From Candidatus Marinacidobacterales bacterium (GTDB taxonomy: Bacteria > Acidobacteriota > Vicinamibacteria > Marinacidobacterales > DATDRI01), in NCBI GenBank assembly GCA_965226495.1, contig OZ245365.1, positions 3,904,001 to 3,968,000 of the forward strand: 64,000 bases of DNA. The letters run 5' to 3'. Below the pieces are notes generated by a model. It had not been told where the DNA came from. It ran no database searches and saw nothing but the letters and a program-made list of their open reading frames with translations. This document shows, piece after piece, positions 60,463-64,000 of this stretch; position 1 is the first letter of the stretch, and each line of letters begins with the position of its first letter. The position numbers and the translations under genes are program-made.

Positions 60463-61826
60463 GCATGAAAGCCCTATCGAGCCTGTCTAACTTAGGAGAT
60501 CTAACAGGCCTCACAGAGCAAACGTGGTCGCAGGTGGCTCCCGTCGATGAAGACTCGGGTGTCGGGCTGAGCACCTGGACCGAAGAACCAGAAGAGCGGT
60601 TTGAAGAAGAGACCGAGGAAACCGTCGCGACCGAGGCTACCGACCAGAAGGACGAAGATTTTCAGCCGGGAGCATCCCCGACCGATGTCGGCTACTTCTT
60701 GAATGTCGCGGGACGCTATCCGCTCCTTACGGCGGGCCGAGAAAAGGAGCTTGCCACGATTCTGTGGAGCGCACGCCGACGCCTCGTGCAAGCCATCGAG
60801 CTGGCGCGGCGAACGGAAGGCAAAACTAAAATCGAAGCTCCCGCACCGCTCCGCACCCCATCGCGGGTCTTGTCGCCGAACGCACGTCGACGCCTGATCG
60901 CCGCAGAGGAATATGCGGAGAGGTTATTGCGCTCGGTCGGAGAAAAGAAACACACCGGGGAAGGCCTCGACCATTCTCTCGCCGTCCCACCCGCGATGGA
61001 GCCGGCTCCAAGGCAAGGGCGTCGAAGCCGCAACTCGGTAACGCCCTTGCTCACCAAGAAACAGATCCAGTCGATCCTGCCGATTCTCAGAGAGTCGCTG
61101 GAACGCATCCGGGCGGTGCGCGAGGAGTTGGTGGAACACAATCTCAGGCTGGTGGTGTGGGTAGCTAAGTCGTACCGTGGACGCGGCCTCGACTTCGTCG
61201 ATCTCATCCAAGAGGGAAGCTTGGGGCTTCTCCGTGCGATCGATCGATTCGACCCCGCGGTAGGAACCCGTTTCTCTACGTTCGCTACACACTGGGTAAG
61301 GCAAGGCATTCGGAGGGCGCTGGCCGAGAAGGCGCGCACCATCCGGATTCCCTTGAACCGTCTCCCGGAGGCACGGGAAGCGGTCTACCAGCGACTCCAG
61401 CTGGCGAGGAAGTTGCGGCGAGCACCAACCCATATCGAAGTCGCTGCGCAGATGGGGGTTCCTCTCAAGAAGGTCGAAGAACTTCTACCCGCGTTGGGCC
61501 CGATCGACTCGCTCGACGCACCCTTGGCGTCTACCGATCTCCGCCATTCCGATCTCCTGGCCCACAAAGGCACTTCACCGCTCGAAGAAGCGATCGAGGA
61601 GGAAACGACCCAATCGATCCAAGCTTTGTTGGATCGCCTGCCCGAGCGAGAGCGGAACATTCTCGCGATGCGTTACGGAATCGGTTATCCGCGGGAGTGC
61701 ACGCTGGAGGAGATCGGAACCGCGCTCGGACTATCGCGCGAGCGGATCCGACAGGTCGAGCAGCTGGCGCGCCAAGAACTCCGCTCGCTCATGATGAACC
61801 TTCAACCCGACCTAGCCAAATCCTAG
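60459..61826 (+). CDS. RpoD/RpoS-like (group 2-type) sigma-70 factor
   Basis: YPLLT..REKELA (1.2), NLRLVV, DLIQEG, FSTFATHWVRQ, ARTIRIP, TLEEIG..LSRERIRQ; ATGA overlap with Rrf2 stop. Confidence 0.9.
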   Translation: MSMKALSSLSNLGDLTGLTEQTWSQVAPVDEDSGVGLSTWTEEPEERFEEETEETVATEATDQKDEDFQPGASPTDVGYFLNVAGRYPLLTAGREKELATILWSARRRLVQAIELARRTEGKTKIEAPAPLRTPSRVLSPNARRRLIAAEEYAERLLRSVGEKKHTGEGLDHSLAVPPAMEPAPRQGRRSRNSVTPLLTKKQIQSILPILRESLERIRAVREELVEHNLRLVVWVAKSYRGRGLDFVDLIQEGSLGLLRAIDRFDPAVGTRFSTFATHWVRQGIRRALAEKARTIRIPLNRLPEAREAVYQRLQLARKLRRAPTHIEVAAQMGVPLKKVEELLPALGPIDSLDAPLASTDLRHSDLLAHKGTSPLEEAIEEETTQSIQALLDRLPERERNILAMRYGIGYPRECTLEEIGTALGLSRERIRQVEQLARQELRSLMMNLQPDLAKS

Positions 61827-61947
61827 GGCCCTAGCGCGTGCCGGCCGCCAAAATACGGAGTGCTGCCATCAAAGTGGCCAGGCGGCGATGATGAATGTCC
61901 AGCCCGACTTGGCCAGCTCTTAGTCGGCGTCGACCCCTGTCACTTCT

Positions 61948-61986
61948 CGGGATCAGACTTGTGTCACATTTTGAGATCTGACCCCG
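61948..61986. repeat. REP-like inverted repeat
   Basis: cgggatcaga ... tctgaccccg. Confidence 0.45.
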
Positions 61987-61996
61987 GTCCCCGGTC

Positions 61997-62950
61997 CTAG
62001 TCCCTGAGTCCCTTGCCGGTAAGGTGGAGGAAGACTTCACCGAGGTTCGGCCGGTGGACGACGAGCTCCTTAATAGGGACTCCTTCCTCAGTAGCGAGCT
62101 GGATCAGCTCCGGTAGTAGCCGCTCGACGAGCTCGCCGGCGAGCTGGAATTGGTAGGTGCCCGCCTGCCGCGAGTCCTGCTCCAGGAGTCGAGATCTTAG
62201 CTTAGCCGTTGGCGCCTCCTCGAAGGTGACGACCACCGTTTGCCCGCTTCCCACCCTCGCCGCAAGTTCCTGAGTCGTTCCTTCGGCGACGAAGCGTCCC
62301 TCATCCATGATGGCGACGCGTTGGCAAAGCCTCTCCGCCTCCTCCATATAGTGCGTCGTATAGAGGACCGCCATTCCTTGCGCCGCAAGCCGCTCGATCG
62401 AAGAAAAGATGCGCTCGCGCGACTGCGGATCCAACCCCACCGTCGGCTCGTCGAGCAACAGCAACTCCGGCTCATGAATGAGCCCACAGACGAGGTTCAG
62501 CCGACGTTGCATTCCACCAGAGAAGTCGGACACGTTGTCGCCACGTCGTTGCTCGAGTCCGACGAGCTCGAGCATGTCTTCCACGCGCGACTCGAGACCG
62601 GCGCCCCCGAGGCCAAACATGCGCCCGAAAAAACGAAGATTCTCTTCTGCGGTCAACATGGGGTAGAGACAAACCTGCTGAGGAACCAGCCCCACCTTCT
62701 TTTTGACCGAGGCCATCTCGGCGGCAGTACTCTGGCCGTTCACGCGCACCGTCCCCCCGGTGGCCGAAACGATCGTGGCGATCATTCCGATGGTGGTCGT
62801 CTTCCCAGCGCCGTTCGGCCCTAGTAGCCCGAAGATCTCCCCCCGGCGAATGGAAAAGGAGACTCCGCAAACGGCTTGGCGTTGCCCGTAGCTCTTGGAT
62901 AGTTCCGAGACCTCCAAGACGACCGCAGCTGGATCAGTGTTCACGAGCAT
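61997..62950 (-). CDS. ABC-2 exporter ATPase
   Basis: GPNGAGKTT, FSGGMQRR, DEPTVG, TTHYMEEA, LHLTGKGLRD. Confidence 0.92.
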   Translation of the reverse strand: MLVNTDPAAVVLEVSELSKSYGQRQAVCGVSFSIRRGEIFGLLGPNGAGKTTTIGMIATIVSATGGTVRVNGQSTAAEMASVKKKVGLVPQQVCLYPMLTAEENLRFFGRMFGLGGAGLESRVEDMLELVGLEQRRGDNVSDFSGGMQRRLNLVCGLIHEPELLLLDEPTVGLDPQSRERIFSSIERLAAQGMAVLYTTHYMEEAERLCQRVAIMDEGRFVAEGTTQELAARVGSGQTVVVTFEEAPTAKLRSRLLEQDSRQAGTYQFQLAGELVERLLPELIQLATEEGVPIKELVVHRPNLGEVFLHLTGKGLRD

Positions 62951-62992
62951 GGGCTGATTGTCATCGGGAATGCTCGACGAGTGCCGTCAACG

Positions 62993-64000
62993 TCAACCGG
63001 CGATGAGCTTCTTCACCTCCTCGACCAACCGCTGAGCAGTAAAACCCAGTTTTTCCCAGTTGACCGAGGCGGGCGCCGAAGCACCGAAGCGATCGAGTCC
63101 AACGATGGCGCCCTTATCTCCCACCCACCGATGCCAGCCGAGTGTGACGCCCGCTTCGACCGCAACACGTGCCGTCACCGATGAAGGGAGAACGGACTCG
63201 CGGTAGTCCCCACTCTGTTCCTCGAAGAGCTCCCAGCAAGGCATCGAGACCAGACGGCAGCGAATGCCCTCTGCGTCCAAAAGCTTCCGGGCTTCCATCG
63301 CCAAAGAAACCTCGGAGCCGGTGGCGATCAAAATCGCTTGAGGAGATCCACCGTCTGCCTCCTCCAGCACATAGGCACCGCGGGCGAGTCCCGAAACATC
63401 AGCACCCAATACCGGAAGCCCCTGCCTCGATAACACCAATGCGACCGGCCCTTCCTTCCGTTCGATCGCCCATCGCCAAGCTGCGGCCGATTCGTTGGCA
63501 TCGGCGGGTCGCACGACGTGAAGGTTGGGCATCGCCCGCAAGGACATCAAATGCTCGACCGCTTGGTGCGTCGGACCATCCTCACCTAGGCCGATGGAAT
63601 CGTGCGTCCACACGAAAGTGACCGGGAGATGGCTAAGGGCGGCCAAGCGTACCGAAGGGCGCATATAATCTGAAAACACAAAGAAGGTAGCCGTATAAGC
63701 CCGCACGCCGCCGTGATAGGCCATACCGTTCGCGATGCCTCCCATCGCGTGCTCTCGTACTCCAAAATGAATATTTCGGCCGGCACCGGTTTGCCCATCG
63801 AAAGAATCCTCACCATCTAGCGCCGTCTTGGTAGAGCCCGACAGATCGGCATCGCCGCCGATCAACTCCGGCAAGCGGGGCGCGATCGCGTTGAGCGCCT
63901 TGCCGGCTGCGGCGCGGGTCGCGACTTTATTACCAGGCTCGAACCGCGGAATGTCTTGATCCCAACCTTGCGGGAGCTCGCCCGCCATCCGCCGCTTCCA
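62993..64000 (-). CDS. tkt: Transketolase (C-terminal half; 5' end outside window)
   Basis: [41 protein letters not shown]. Confidence 0.95.
   Translation of the reverse strand, partial: WKRRMAGELPQGWDQDIPRFEPGNKVATRAAAGKALNAIAPRLPELIGGDADLSGSTKTALDGEDSFDGQTGAGRNIHFGVREHAMGGIANGMAYHGGVRAYTATFFVFSDYMRPSVRLAALSHLPVTFVWTHDSIGLGEDGPTHQAVEHLMSLRAMPNLHVVRPADANESAAAWRWAIERKEGPVALVLSRQGLPVLGADVSGLARGAYVLEEADGGSPQAILIATGSEVSLAMEARKLLDAEGIRCRLVSMPCWELFEEQSGDYRESVLPSSVTARVAVEAGVTLGWHRWVGDKGAIVGLDRFGASAPASVNWEKLGFTAQRLVEEVKKLIAG

Overview
GC-rich bacterial chromosomal window, probably Acidobacteriota (inferred from an ADOP-type permease remnant, a TonB-receptor-like remnant and the SUF-type Rrf2). Contents in order: an HD-GYP/GGDEF pair; two tandem xanthine-dehydrogenase-family molybdenum hydroxylases with amidohydrolases and an LLM oxidoreductase (probable purine catabolism); an acyl-CoA-ligase-coupled LIV-type ABC operon split by a 13.7 kb block; peptidases and sulfatases; an IS1380 remnant between 43-bp direct repeats; a type III PKS/methyltransferase/ACP/FAAL cluster with export genes; and the 3' part of transketolase. 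The 13.7 kb block carries a giant multi-glycosidase that a single extra C in a C8 run would fuse to the next gene. A translationally coupled Rrf2-sigma70 pair sits on the opposite strand inside the exporter operon. Many genes are broken by in-frame stops, frameshifts or internal deletions. No CRISPR array, tRNA or rRNA was seen. All family calls come from motif recognition by eye, not database searches.
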